Shown piece by piece: positions 8,678 through 19,501 of a stretch of 64,000 bases of DNA. This DNA comes from Candidatus Bathyarchaeota archaeon (GTDB taxonomy: Archaea > Thermoproteota > CALKCG01 > B24 > DRYS01). How positions within the stretch are numbered: position 1 is the first letter of the stretch; every line of letters starts with the position of its first letter. The translations under genes were made by a program, and so were the position numbers. Below the pieces are notes generated by a model, which was not told the origin of the DNA, did no database searches, and saw only the letters and a program-made list of their open reading frames with translations. The DNA is taken from contig JAGTQC010000001.1 of NCBI GenBank assembly GCA_018396535.1, positions 32,001-96,000 on the forward strand, in the 5' to 3' direction.

Positions 8678-9709
8678 ATGTCTAGACGTATACTCGATGG
8701 CGATGTTATCTATAGTAGGGATGGATTCATATTCTATACATTCGGCTATGAACATCCACCAGATAGGATCATAGCTTTCCTCAAGTATATCCCGAAGGAG
8801 TATTCCAGTAAGCTTAACATAGAGTATCTAAGCTATGAGTGGGGGTTTAAGGGTAGGAGGTATGTTAGACCTGCTAAACTCTATACGGCTGAGAATTATC
8901 GTCGTATAATAGAGTTCTTCGAGAAATACTATCCAAGCTATGTATACGACTGCCCTGTGAATAATAGGAAGCTTATAGCTGTACCCAAGGATCTTATAGA
9001 GGAGGTATACTATCCAGATGAGGGGCTACGTAGAGTTCTAGGTATAAGCTCCCTACAACCCATATATAGAGCCGCCGTGGATTTCATAGAATTGGTATCT
9101 AGAGTATCTGGTATCGGTTTAGAGAATTTCGGTCTCCACGGATCCCTCCTCCTAGCTATGGAGTCTGAGAACCCGGATATAGATATAGCAGTCTATGGAT
9201 GGCAGAATTATCGTCTCGTTAAACAGACTATCGGAGAATTAGAGGCGAAGGGCTATCTTAGGATCCTATATGAAGATCCATTGGATTATAGGAGGAGGAA
9301 TAGATGCGTATTCAGAGGATATAGGGTGGTATTGAATGCTATACGTAAACCTTGGGAGGTTCACGATATCTACGGGTCTGTTATACGTAAATCTGTTAAG
9401 CATGTAAAGTTTAGAGCTATAGTTAGGAATGCGTTCGAATCTGTATTCCGTCCAGCTATCTACATAATACAGGGGTACACACCTCTAGACGAGGATTCAC
9501 GTGTATCTAAGGAGGATACACCGTGGTTTCTAGTATCGATGATAGGAGCCTATAGGGATATACTGGAGGAGGGTATGGTTATAGAGGTTTCAGGCCTACT
9601 CGAAAGAGAGTATCTACCAGATGGTAGACCATATAGGACTAGGGTTATCGTAGGCTCAGGTTTAAGCGATGATGAATACATAAGTATAGTTAGAGATAAG
9701 TATAGTTAG
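8678..9709 (+). CDS. Predicted Pol-beta-like nucleotidyltransferase (COG1665-like), paralog 1
   Basis: GLHGS...PDIDIAVYG motif; C-terminal OB-like IEVSGLLE region. Confidence 0.8.
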   Translation: MSRRILDGDVIYSRDGFIFYTFGYEHPPDRIIAFLKYIPKEYSSKLNIEYLSYEWGFKGRRYVRPAKLYTAENYRRIIEFFEKYYPSYVYDCPVNNRKLIAVPKDLIEEVYYPDEGLRRVLGISSLQPIYRAAVDFIELVSRVSGIGLENFGLHGSLLLAMESENPDIDIAVYGWQNYRLVKQTIGELEAKGYLRILYEDPLDYRRRNRCVFRGYRVVLNAIRKPWEVHDIYGSVIRKSVKHVKFRAIVRNAFESVFRPAIYIIQGYTPLDEDSRVSKEDTPWFLVSMIGAYRDILEEGMVIEVSGLLEREYLPDGRPYRTRVIVGSGLSDDEYISIVRDKYS

Positions 9710-9727
9710 AGAGCAATTTCGACTCGT

Positions 9728-10789
9728 ATGAGGCTTAGAGATAGGGATTACATAGTCGGTGTGGAAGGTATACTATTCAGGGTTCTAGGATATCTCCATC
9801 CACCAGATGGTTATGTATGCGAACCCGAATACGCACCCAAAACGATATTCAAATCATCAAATCCTAGAGCACCGAGAGGCTATCCAGAAGTAGCGTACTT
9901 CAAATTCTATGGTGATGAAGGTTTAAAATTCGTAGAAAAGAATTATCCATCATACCGTATATACGTTAAGCCTCTCAGAACATACCTAGTCGGTGTTCCT
10001 CTAGAATTAATATCAGCTATAAGGAAGCCTCAAGATGGACTAACCAGGATTATGGAAGCATCATCGAGAGATAAACTTCTTAACGATACCGTGGAGATAG
10101 TGGATATACTATGCGAAACTGCGAATCTCAGTGTATCGGATATAGGTGTCTTCGGATCGATACTACACGGATTCCATAACCCTAATCTATCAGATATAGA
10201 TCTAGTAATCTATGGATCCAGGTGCATAGTTAAGCTTAAGGAATGTTTATCTGAGCTATACAGTATGGAGGATAGCCGTCTAAGGAATGAATACGATTTC
10301 CCAGTTGAGAAGCCTAGATGGATATTCAGAAACTATAGTTTGAAGGAGTATATATTCCATGAGAGGAGGAAGATGATATACGGTAAATATTGGGATGGAG
10401 ATAGATGGGTTAAAGTAGAGTTTGAACCAGTTAAAAGCTACGATGAATACCGGGATGAGTATACGGAGATAGTATCGATAGATAAGGTTGGATGGGTTAA
10501 ACTTGAATCGGTAATAGTGGACGATAGTAGTGTATACTTTACACCAGCTGTATACGGAGTCGAGGTTACGAAGCTCGTATCCGGTCCTAGAGAGGCTTTA
10601 GATACCTCTAAGATAGTATCCTATATAGACGAGTTTAGGCTTCAAGCTTGGAGGGATGAGGAGGTTTACGTAGAAGGGATGTTGGAGAGGGTTATTAGAA
10701 GGGATAGGGTTGAATACCAAGTTTCTCTAACATACTGCGATAGGTATGTAGATCAGGTTTTAAAGCTTAGGAGGATCCCAGGATTATGA
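9728..10789 (+). CDS. Predicted Pol-beta-like nucleotidyltransferase (COG1665-like), paralog 2
   Basis: RLRDRD, GYLHPP, GVFGS...SDIDLVIYG and VEGMLE motifs. Confidence 0.8.
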   Translation: MRLRDRDYIVGVEGILFRVLGYLHPPDGYVCEPEYAPKTIFKSSNPRAPRGYPEVAYFKFYGDEGLKFVEKNYPSYRIYVKPLRTYLVGVPLELISAIRKPQDGLTRIMEASSRDKLLNDTVEIVDILCETANLSVSDIGVFGSILHGFHNPNLSDIDLVIYGSRCIVKLKECLSELYSMEDSRLRNEYDFPVEKPRWIFRNYSLKEYIFHERRKMIYGKYWDGDRWVKVEFEPVKSYDEYRDEYTEIVSIDKVGWVKLESVIVDDSSVYFTPAVYGVEVTKLVSGPREALDTSKIVSYIDEFRLQAWRDEEVYVEGMLERVIRRDRVEYQVSLTYCDRYVDQVLKLRRIPGL

Positions 10790-10805
10790 AGTATACGTTT
10801 TTTAG

Positions 10806-11513
<708 letters not shown>

Positions 11514-11530
11514 ATACAGCGATAGCATAT

Positions 11531-12205
11531 TCAAACCACTATCAGAGTCCCCCTGACGTTTTTCCCTTCTAAAGCATACACGATATTAGCAGGGTTTAAA
11601 CCGTTAACGATCAAGCATCTAATAGGTTTAAGCTTTAAGAGTCTAGGGAAGAATCTATCTAGACAAGTTTCCCCTAAACCCTCCAGCTCCGAAGCCTTCA
11701 CAACCGGTATAAGTTTAGCTTCAGGATTACTCTTAGGATCGGCTGTATACAATCCATCCACGTCCTTTACTAGTATAAGCTCATCTACAAGCCATTCCTG
11801 AGCTATCTTTAAAGCTATAGAATCAGATGTAACATCCCATCCTTCAGGTAGGCTACGTACCTCCTCTAGCCTAGATACCTCTAATATAGGCGTATAGCTA
11901 TCCATCCAAAGCTTATACGCTTCCTCCATATTCGAAGCTACCCTACCGTTAGGTATTAGGTATGCTAGGAGTAGGCCATATATATCCATAGATCTTACAG
12001 CCATCAAATGCGATACACTGCTAGGTAGACTGAATAACCTATCCACATACCTAACGGAATCTGCGAATAATCCCCCACCCGGAACTATCGTGAACGATCT
12101 AGATCTGATATTAGATAAGGTTATGCATAGCTCGATAAGCTTACCAGGATAGCTTAGGAGGCTACCACCTAGTTTAACGATGCAGTCTATAGAGCTGGAT
12201 TCCAA
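11531..12205 (-). CDS. mfnE: Amino-acid-kinase-family protein (MfnE-like)
   Basis: VKLGGSL, VPGGGLFAD, WDVTSDSIA and KDVDG motifs; cluster context. Confidence 0.72.
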   Translation of the reverse strand: MESSSIDCIVKLGGSLLSYPGKLIELCITLSNIRSRSFTIVPGGGLFADSVRYVDRLFSLPSSVSHLMAVRSMDIYGLLLAYLIPNGRVASNMEEAYKLWMDSYTPILEVSRLEEVRSLPEGWDVTSDSIALKIAQEWLVDELILVKDVDGLYTADPKSNPEAKLIPVVKASELEGLGETCLDRFFPRLLKLKPIRCLIVNGLNPANIVYALEGKNVRGTLIVV

Positions 12206-13275
12206 TAAACCCTCCTCCCCTCCACTATAGAAGCAGCTAGGAAAGCTAAACCTACAGCAGGTGTCATTAAAGCTACATCACGCCTCGTAATCCTACTAAG
12301 CCTAAATACAGGTGTCAACCCTGCTCTACGAGCAGCTTCAGCAGCTAGGAAATCCTCACCTAAACCTGTAGCTACACATGCAATGCTATCTATACCGTAG
12401 AGCTCCCTCATCCTCTCAGCCTTCCTCCTTAAACTCGAAGCGATAGATTCAACCTGTCTACTATATAGGAACCTAGCTATGGATATTATATCATCCATAG
12501 ATAGCAGCCTCCTATCAGCGCATACAATCCTAGCTATACGATTAGCAGCCTCCTCTTTAGAAACACCTCTACCATCAGGTGTATCGCATATATAATCTCC
12601 AGCCTCTATAAATCCTAGAAGTATATATAGATCCCCAGTCTGCGCGAAGTACTCACTACTCACACCAACCCATCCATCCTTGAAGCGTATCTTCGAAGCT
12701 ATCGAAGCTAGATTAGTCCTTAAAGCACCAGTATACACAAGCTCGTATAACCTAAGCTTATCCAGATCCGTGAATCCCTCAGCTTTAACATCCCCCATCA
12801 CTATAGGTATGATACTCGTCGTAGTACTACCTACATCGACTAGTATACATGTATCGAAGAACTGAGATACAAACCATCCGGATGCATACCAGTTTGAAGC
12901 AGCTACATCATATGGATGTTTCAAAGCATAATCTAAACCGACAAGCCTACCTCTACAATCTAGAACTCTGATATCCGATCTACCAAAAACCTCAGATACC
13001 ATACGGGATATGGTTTCAACACCCTCATCCTTAGATTCGAATACATCTGCTAACTCACCCGTCATAGTTAAAGCCACTACATCTGGAGATCTACCTAGAC
13101 CACCTAGGACATAGTCTACGAGAGAGTTCAATACATATGGTAGCTCTGCTAGCCTCCTCCAAAGCGGTAGATAACGTATCCCAGTAGCTAAGCGTATAGC
13201 TACTCCGTTACGAACTTCAAGAACGGAGATCTTAGTATTAGCTCCTCCTACATCCAATCCTACAACTACGGTCAT
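12187..13275 (-). CDS. mfnF: Hydantoinase/oxoprolinase-family C1-pathway protein (MfnF-like)
   Basis: GLDVGGANTK, TMTGELAD, ASNW, VDVGSTTT, ELVYTGALRT and TPDGR motifs. Confidence 0.78.
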   Translation of the reverse strand: MTVVVGLDVGGANTKISVLEVRNGVAIRLATGIRYLPLWRRLAELPYVLNSLVDYVLGGLGRSPDVVALTMTGELADVFESKDEGVETISRMVSEVFGRSDIRVLDCRGRLVGLDYALKHPYDVAASNWYASGWFVSQFFDTCILVDVGSTTTSIIPIVMGDVKAEGFTDLDKLRLYELVYTGALRTNLASIASKIRFKDGWVGVSSEYFAQTGDLYILLGFIEAGDYICDTPDGRGVSKEEAANRIARIVCADRRLLSMDDIISIARFLYSRQVESIASSLRRKAERMRELYGIDSIACVATGLGEDFLAAEAARRAGLTPVFRLSRITRRDVALMTPAVGLAFLAASIVEGRRVYWNPAL

Positions 13276-14413
13276 CCAACCTCCTCCTAGCATTTATGAG
13301 ATCTATCCAAGCATCTCTTAAACTATATCCAAAACCTGAGATCAAGCTATACCCATGTATATATGCTTCTACTCTATCATCTAGATACGGGTTTATATTT
13401 AGCGGAACACATCTAACCTTAAGGAATACGGAGAATCCTCTAAACCCATCGGTAACCCGAAGCCTATCGTGGAAGGCGGCTTCTGCTATAGCTTCTGCAG
13501 GATTAACACGACAGCATCTACTCAAACCTATATATGAGACTGTCAACCTAGGGTTAACCTCGATTACGTATACGCCGCCGTTAGATATGATCGTATCGAT
13601 ACCTATGTACCCCTTCAACCCGTGTAGAAGGGTATTTAGTTTATCGGTAAGCTTATCGATATCGATAGATGCCAGCGATAACGGTACATATCCTCCGAGA
13701 TACGATGGGCCCCCACTAGATAGATCTACGAACTGACGGTTAATCGATAGAAGCCTAGCATACCTACCATCAGATATAAACGATAAACTTGAGGGTAGAC
13801 CTTTAACATACTCCTGAGCGATATAGCCTCTATAGTTTGCGATCTTAACAAGCCTCTCAGCATCCATACGATTCGAAACTATGTATAGACCACCACATCC
13901 AGCATCCAATCTAGGTTTAATTATGAAGGGATAGCCTAGACTATCTAGATCATCTAGAGAAGCTGAGCTTAGATCGATCGATCTAGGAGTCTTTAAACCT
14001 ATCTCTGAAAGCATACGGTGGAGGCTTAGCTTATCGATAATCCTACCTAACCTATCGATATCCCCTATCGTTACGATCGAGTAGCCATACTCATCGATTA
14101 TCCTACGGATGATCGAGTATAGTAGGCCATTAGTCTCGGGTGCGATAACATAAACCTTATCGAAATCCATCCTGCCTATACAGTGGATTAGATCATCTAT
14201 ACACGGATCATCGAGCATGACTATACGAGCAGGGATGATGGATCTAGGGATATCCGCTATAAACCTCCTATCGATAGCGACGTAGAGATCTACCCAGCTA
14301 AGTTTACATAGATCTACGGCTAGTCTCCTAAGCATAGATAAACCTTCTACTAGGATCGAAGGTGTACCATCTATCAAACCTGCTGTGAGAGCTTCGAATA
14401 GGAGAATCCTCAA
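13238..14413 (-). CDS. mfnD: ATP-grasp protein (MfnD tyramine-glutamate ligase-like)
   Basis: EGLSML, IAPE, IKPRLDAG and IEVNPRLT motifs; adjacent to mfnF and mfnE. Confidence 0.7.
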   Translation of the reverse strand: MRILLFEALTAGLIDGTPSILVEGLSMLRRLAVDLCKLSWVDLYVAIDRRFIADIPRSIIPARIVMLDDPCIDDLIHCIGRMDFDKVYVIAPETNGLLYSIIRRIIDEYGYSIVTIGDIDRLGRIIDKLSLHRMLSEIGLKTPRSIDLSSASLDDLDSLGYPFIIKPRLDAGCGGLYIVSNRMDAERLVKIANYRGYIAQEYVKGLPSSLSFISDGRYARLLSINRQFVDLSSGGPSYLGGYVPLSLASIDIDKLTDKLNTLLHGLKGYIGIDTIISNGGVYVIEVNPRLTVSYIGLSRCCRVNPAEAIAEAAFHDRLRVTDGFRGFSVFLKVRCVPLNINPYLDDRVEAYIHGYSLISGFGYSLRDAWIDLINARRRLDDRSCRIGCRRS

Positions 14414-14453
14414 CCCTAAACTATATACAACCGTTAACCTATAATGTTAAGTT

Positions 14454-14464
14454 AAACGTTTATA
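14454..14464 (+). promoter_or_regulatory. BRE/TATA-like promoter element AAACGTTTATA
   Basis: Motif recurs 30-45 nt before starts, e.g. 15770 and 19458. Confidence 0.55.
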
Positions 14465-14497
14465 CGGGTTTCATAGAAGCTACTCTAACCTTAGGGT

Positions 14498-15220
14498 TTG
14501 ATAGTAGTACCTGTAATCGATATTATGAATGGGTTAGCCGTTCACGCAGTTAGAGGGGAGCGTAGCAGGTATAAGCCTCTGGAAAGTATCCTATGTAGAT
14601 CTACAGATCCGATAGAGGTTGCATCCACCTTCTCTAAGATAGGGTTCAGCCTAGTATACGTAGCAGATCTAGATGCTATACTCTATAGGATGAGATCTCT
14701 AGATCTATACGAGAAGATGAAGTCTACGGTTAAACATATGATGCTGGATAGCGGTGTTAGATCGTATAACGAGTGTATAGATCTACTAAGCCTAGATATA
14801 GATTATATAGTCGTAGGATCTGAGACATTCGAATCTATAAGCGAGTTACTTAGCCTTCTAGAATCCTATAGCGATAGGCTGATCGTAAGCGTAGACTTGA
14901 TGAATGGACAGATACTATCACCTATACAGTCTATAAGAAGGTTAAGTGTAGAGGAGTATATAGCTATGCTGATTAAATACGGGCTCAGCTCAGCTATAGT
15001 ATTAGAGCTCTCTAAGGTTGGATCAGGCTTAGGTATCGATATAGATACTGTACGTAGACTAGTACCTCTAGTAGATAGGCTGTATGTAGGTGGAGGATTA
15101 AGGTCTATAGAGGAGATAGATAGGTTAAGGGATATAGGTATCTACGGTGTACTCGTAGCTACAGCTCTACATAAGGGATGGATAAATGTGGATGATTTAA
15201 AGTATAGAGGATACATCTAG
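14498..15220 (+). CDS. HisA/HisF-like TIM barrel protein associated with H4MPT/MFR C1 clusters
   Basis: PVIDIMNGLAVHAVRGERSRYKP, YVADLDAI and VGGG motifs. Confidence 0.75.
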   Translation: MIVVPVIDIMNGLAVHAVRGERSRYKPLESILCRSTDPIEVASTFSKIGFSLVYVADLDAILYRMRSLDLYEKMKSTVKHMMLDSGVRSYNECIDLLSLDIDYIVVGSETFESISELLSLLESYSDRLIVSVDLMNGQILSPIQSIRRLSVEEYIAMLIKYGLSSAIVLELSKVGSGLGIDIDTVRRLVPLVDRLYVGGGLRSIEEIDRLRDIGIYGVLVATALHKGWINVDDLKYRGYI

Positions 15221-15450
15221 GCTTCGACAAGTGTCTCCGTACTCCTCACACCATCTATACGGTTTATCTCAGCTGAAATCCTAGCTACATCCTCGTTACT
15301 TTCAGCCTCTACGAAGCATACGATATCGAACCTACCGTATACAGGATAGCATTTAGCTACACCACTCATCCCTCTTAGAGTCTCAAGCACCTTCGTCAGT
15401 CTTATAGGTATAACCTTCATTAGTATACAAGCTCTAACCATGGGATTCAC
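15217..15450 (-). CDS. Stand-alone Lrp/AsnC ligand-binding (RAM) domain protein
   Basis: VYGRFDIV...GVRSTETL motif, no HTH. Confidence 0.85.
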   Translation of the reverse strand: MNPMVRACILMKVIPIRLTKVLETLRGMSGVAKCYPVYGRFDIVCFVEAESNEDVARISAEINRIDGVRSTETLVEA

Positions 15451-15694
15451 ACCCCTTCATCTCAACTAGCGTCTCGGTATATACGACTGAGCCAAGCCGA
15501 CCTATCCTCCTCACAATACGTGTAAGCTCTTCTATATCTGAAGCCTCTACATCTACTACAACATCCCACCGTCCAAGTACCGGGAATACGCTTTTAACCC
15601 CAGGTATCTTGCTTAGAGATTCCACTACATCCATATATCTACCCGCTGCACTTCTTATGAGGATACATGCAGATATCAATCTCCACAACACCAT
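15434..15694 (-). CDS. Stand-alone Lrp/AsnC ligand-binding (RAM) domain protein, tandem paralog
   Basis: VLGRWDVV...VVYTETL motif; start trimmed from the ORF track. Confidence 0.8.
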   Translation of the reverse strand: MVLWRLISACILIRSAAGRYMDVVESLSKIPGVKSVFPVLGRWDVVVDVEASDIEELTRIVRRIGRLGSVVYTETLVEMKGCESHG

Positions 15695-15825
15695 TACACC
15701 TCTATACAATATAATCTGTACATAAATATTCTGCTCCAGCTGAAGGATCGATATCATATTATCGTAGGGAAACGTTTAATACAGGTATCTGAAGGTTAAT
15801 GAATCTCTAAAGGAAGCCATAGGCT

Positions 15826-16944
15826 ATGAATACTATAGGTCTAGTATACGATAAGCTAACTTCAGATGAAGAAGAGATAATCCTAGAAGCTGAGAGGAGG
15901 GGCTTCCAGTTAAGGTACCTATTCGTCAAAACCCCTGTAGAATCGTATCTACCAGAATCTAAGCTTGTAGATCTACCAGTAGTATTCAACAGATGCGAGA
16001 GTAAGAGTAGAGCGCTAGAAGCGGGTAGGATAATAGAGGGGAGGGGTATACCTGTAGTAAATCCGTTCAAAGTAGAGTATCTATGTGCGGATAAGGTAGA
16101 GACTATAAAGCTATGGTTTAAAAACGGTGTGGATACACCTAGATGGGTGTATATACCCTTCACGAGTAGTGATGGCTTCCAAGAAGATGAGATAGAAGGT
16201 ATAGCAGATGAGATTGAAAAACTAGGTTACCCACTAGTAGTTAAACCTACCATGGGTAGCTGGGGTAGAGGTGTAGTTAAGGTAGAATGTAGAGATGAGC
16301 TTATAGGTATCCTAAGAGAAGCTCGACCTTCATCTGTAAATCCTACCGGATTCTTCGCTCAAGAATATATAGAGAAGCCTGGGTTCGATCTACGTATACT
16401 AGTCGGTCTCAGACCTGATAGCTGTATAAAGGTTCTATGCGGTATAGCACGTATATCACCCTCACCTGAAGAATTTAGGACTAATACTCATCTAGGTGGT
16501 ATACCCCTAGGGCTTAAGCTCAACGAGAATGATAGGCTTGTAAACGAGGCAGAGAGAGCTGGTGATATAATCTTAAACGGATGTAGGTGGGGTATAGTAG
16601 CGTTGGATGCTATGCCGGATGCTAAAGGTATAGACTATAGTATAGTATACGAGTATGTAACAGAGTGTAGTATACTATTCCAGCAGGTTAGGAGAATCGT
16701 GGAGGAGAATAGGCAGCGTAGGTATAGGGTATGGAAGAATATTCTTGAAGAAGCCTTCTCTAGATACAAATCCTCAGAAATCTATATGAGGATGGAGGGT
16801 ATCCTACACGAGATACTCGAATCATGCAAGATTAAATGGCATGAAGCTAATTCTAGATTCGATTACGCGGTTAATACACGTAATGCTTCAGGCTTCAACC
16901 CGGCTACATTCTATATAGATATCGCTGAAGATCTAGCTAGATAG
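15826..16944 (+). CDS. RimK/LysX-family ATP-grasp ligase with an internal insertion
   Basis: PLVVKPTMGSWGRGV, QEYIEKPGFDLR, FRTNTHLGG and HEANS motifs. Confidence 0.8.
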   Translation: MNTIGLVYDKLTSDEEEIILEAERRGFQLRYLFVKTPVESYLPESKLVDLPVVFNRCESKSRALEAGRIIEGRGIPVVNPFKVEYLCADKVETIKLWFKNGVDTPRWVYIPFTSSDGFQEDEIEGIADEIEKLGYPLVVKPTMGSWGRGVVKVECRDELIGILREARPSSVNPTGFFAQEYIEKPGFDLRILVGLRPDSCIKVLCGIARISPSPEEFRTNTHLGGIPLGLKLNENDRLVNEAERAGDIILNGCRWGIVALDAMPDAKGIDYSIVYEYVTECSILFQQVRRIVEENRQRRYRVWKNILEEAFSRYKSSEIYMRMEGILHEILESCKIKWHEANSRFDYAVNTRNASGFNPATFYIDIAEDLAR

Positions 16945-18294
16945 ATTCTCTAGGAATTTCAACGTAGAGAAGGCTATACGTTCAGTTATCTCCACTGCTT
17001 TACCTAGATAGTTCTCAGGCTTGAATAACTCATCCAACTCCCTATCCGATAGATACCTGGATACTTCTGTATTCCTTAAAACCTCCTTTAGATGGGTTCC
17101 CTTCCTCATAGCTTCGATACAGCTAACCCTCAATAACTCATGAGCCTTTTGTCTATCGTAGCCCTTCCTAGCTAGAGCTATCATAACAGCTTCAGAGAAT
17201 ATAAGCCCCATCGTAGCATCTATATTCCTCCTCATATTCTCAGGATAGACTTTAAGAGTTGATAAGACTCGATGCATAGTCTTAAGCTGCTCATCGAGTA
17301 GTAGGAATACCTCAGGTATCATAACTCTCTCGCATGAGCTATTCGTCAAATCCCTCTCATGCTCCTGAACAACATTCTCGAGAGCTGCTACAGCGAAGCC
17401 TCTCAAAATCTTAGCTAAACCACATACCTTCTCAGATCCTATAGGATTCCTCTTATGCGGCATAGTACTAGAACCGACTTGAGTAGCTTCCTCGAAAGCC
17501 TCCTCAACCTCCTTTATCTCACTTCTATGCAAGTTTCTTATCTCGTTAGCCATCTTATCTAGAGTCGACGATACAAGCGATAAAAACAGTATAAGCTCAG
17601 CTAGTAGGTCTCTAGGAACTATCTGCGTCGTTATCTCAGCAGGTTTTAAACCCAGTATCTTCATAGCGTAATCCTGTATCTCGAAGGCTCTATCCCCGAA
17701 GCCTGCCATAGTTCCTACAGCACCGGTAAGCTTACCTACACAAACCCTATTCTTAACCTCGTTCAATCTCTCGATATGTCTCTTAAGCTCTGAAGCCCAT
17801 ACTGCAAGCTTAAAACCGAAAGTTATAGGTACCGCAGCTACACCATGAGTCCTACCTAGACATACTGTATCCCTATACCTGAGAGCCATCTCAGCGACTA
17901 GTTTAGCTAGCTTAACTAAATCCTTCTCGACTATACCTAATGCTTCCCTTATCTGTAGTGCTAAGACAGTATCTGTTATATCGTTAGACGTAGCTCCTAG
18001 ATGCACGTATCCACCATACGGCTCCCCAACAGCTTCAGCTAAAGCCTTAACAACTGCTACGACTTCATGCTTAGTTAAAGCTTCAAGCTCATTCACCCTC
18101 TCAAGCTTCACGAACTTGGTGGAGGCTTTACCTACTATAGCTTCAGCAGCTTCTCTAGGAATATTACCTACAGCTGCATGTGCCTCTGCTAACGCTGCTT
18201 CTACTCTAAGCATATACTCGAGCCATGTCTCCCTATCGAATATTCTACGCATATCGCTACTACCATACCGATACTCTATAGGGTGGATCGGCAT
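16933..18294 (-). CDS. purB: Adenylosuccinate lyase
   Basis: GSSTMPHKRNP, HLGATSND and GRTHG motifs. Confidence 0.96.
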   Translation of the reverse strand: MPIHPIEYRYGSSDMRRIFDRETWLEYMLRVEAALAEAHAAVGNIPREAAEAIVGKASTKFVKLERVNELEALTKHEVVAVVKALAEAVGEPYGGYVHLGATSNDITDTVLALQIREALGIVEKDLVKLAKLVAEMALRYRDTVCLGRTHGVAAVPITFGFKLAVWASELKRHIERLNEVKNRVCVGKLTGAVGTMAGFGDRAFEIQDYAMKILGLKPAEITTQIVPRDLLAELILFLSLVSSTLDKMANEIRNLHRSEIKEVEEAFEEATQVGSSTMPHKRNPIGSEKVCGLAKILRGFAVAALENVVQEHERDLTNSSCERVMIPEVFLLLDEQLKTMHRVLSTLKVYPENMRRNIDATMGLIFSEAVMIALARKGYDRQKAHELLRVSCIEAMRKGTHLKEVLRNTEVSRYLSDRELDELFKPENYLGKAVEITERIAFSTLKFLENLSS

Positions 18295-18365
18295 AAAACA
18301 TCAACCCACCATCATTATATTGATGGAAATAGCTAATAAACCTAAATACAACCTTTGTTAATAGT

Positions 18366-19427
18366 ATGACGACAGCTATATTCTACGATCCCGTATTCCT
18401 AGAGCATGATACAGGGTATGGGCATCCAGAATCACCGGATAGACTTAAATCTATAATCAGAGGTCTCCGAGAGAATAGTATACTCGAAGATTCAAGATTT
18501 AAAATACTGAAACCTAGTAGAGCATCCATAGAGGAGATAAGCCTCATACATGATCCGAACTATGTACGGTATGTAGAGGATTTCTGTAGGAAAGGTGGAG
18601 GTATAATCGGGACATGGGGTGGTGGAGTTGTATGTAGTGGGAAAAGCTTCGAAGCTGCATGCTACGCTGTAGGTGCAGCTATAGACGCTGTTAAACTATC
18701 TATGGACAACATATACCCCAGATCCTTCTGTCTCGTAAGACCGCCGGGCCATCATGCAGAATACGATTACCCATACGGCTTCTGCATATTCAACAATATA
18801 GCGATAGCAGCAGCATACCTTATCAGGTTTAGGGGGGTTGATAGGATTATGGTATTAGATCTAGATGCACATCATGGAAATGGTACCCAGCACGCATTCT
18901 ACGATTCACCTAAAGTATTCTATATAAGTATACATCAGGATGCCATATTCCCAGGTACAGGATCTATCAACGAGGTGGGTGTAGGCGATGGCGAGGGATA
19001 TACTTTGAATATACCGCTACCAGCTTACTCTGATAAAGAGGTGTATATAGAGGCTATACGAAGGATAGTTAAGCCTATCGCCATGGAGTATAAACCTGAG
19101 ATTCTACTAGTTTCAGCAGGATTCGATCCATATCATGATGATCCTATAACAGATCTAGGATTAACCCTAGAAGGGTTCAGGGAGGTGTATAGGGAGGTTA
19201 TAGATATATCTCGTATATGCTCTGGGAGGATTGTATTCTGTCTTGAAGGAGGCTATAACCTTGAATGTCTAAGGATAGCCGTTGCATCTGTTATAGCTTT
19301 AATGGAGGGTATAGAGTTTGATCTACCTAGAGAGGAGGTCTATCCACCACCATACCTTAAGAGTAGAGCTTTATCGATTATAGAAGCTGTGAGAGGGATA
19401 GCATCATCATACTGGAGGATAGATTAG
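18366..19427 (+). CDS. Histone deacetylase family protein
   Basis: HPESPDR, RPPGHHA, DAHHGNGTQ, SAGFD and LEGGY motifs. Confidence 0.93.
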   Translation: MTTAIFYDPVFLEHDTGYGHPESPDRLKSIIRGLRENSILEDSRFKILKPSRASIEEISLIHDPNYVRYVEDFCRKGGGIIGTWGGGVVCSGKSFEAACYAVGAAIDAVKLSMDNIYPRSFCLVRPPGHHAEYDYPYGFCIFNNIAIAAAYLIRFRGVDRIMVLDLDAHHGNGTQHAFYDSPKVFYISIHQDAIFPGTGSINEVGVGDGEGYTLNIPLPAYSDKEVYIEAIRRIVKPIAMEYKPEILLVSAGFDPYHDDPITDLGLTLEGFREVYREVIDISRICSGRIVFCLEGGYNLECLRIAVASVIALMEGIEFDLPREEVYPPPYLKSRALSIIEAVRGIASSYWRID

Positions 19428-19457
19428 TGTAGATACTATGCTATTATAGCTGAGGGT

Positions 19458-19469
19458 AAACGTTTATAT
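19458..19469 (+). promoter_or_regulatory. BRE/TATA promoter for the S3-led ribosomal operon
   Basis: AAACGTTTATAT about 35 nt before rps3. Confidence 0.6.
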
Positions 19470-19501
19470 GAACGATATACTCTCTCAGGATAGAGTACCG
19501 C

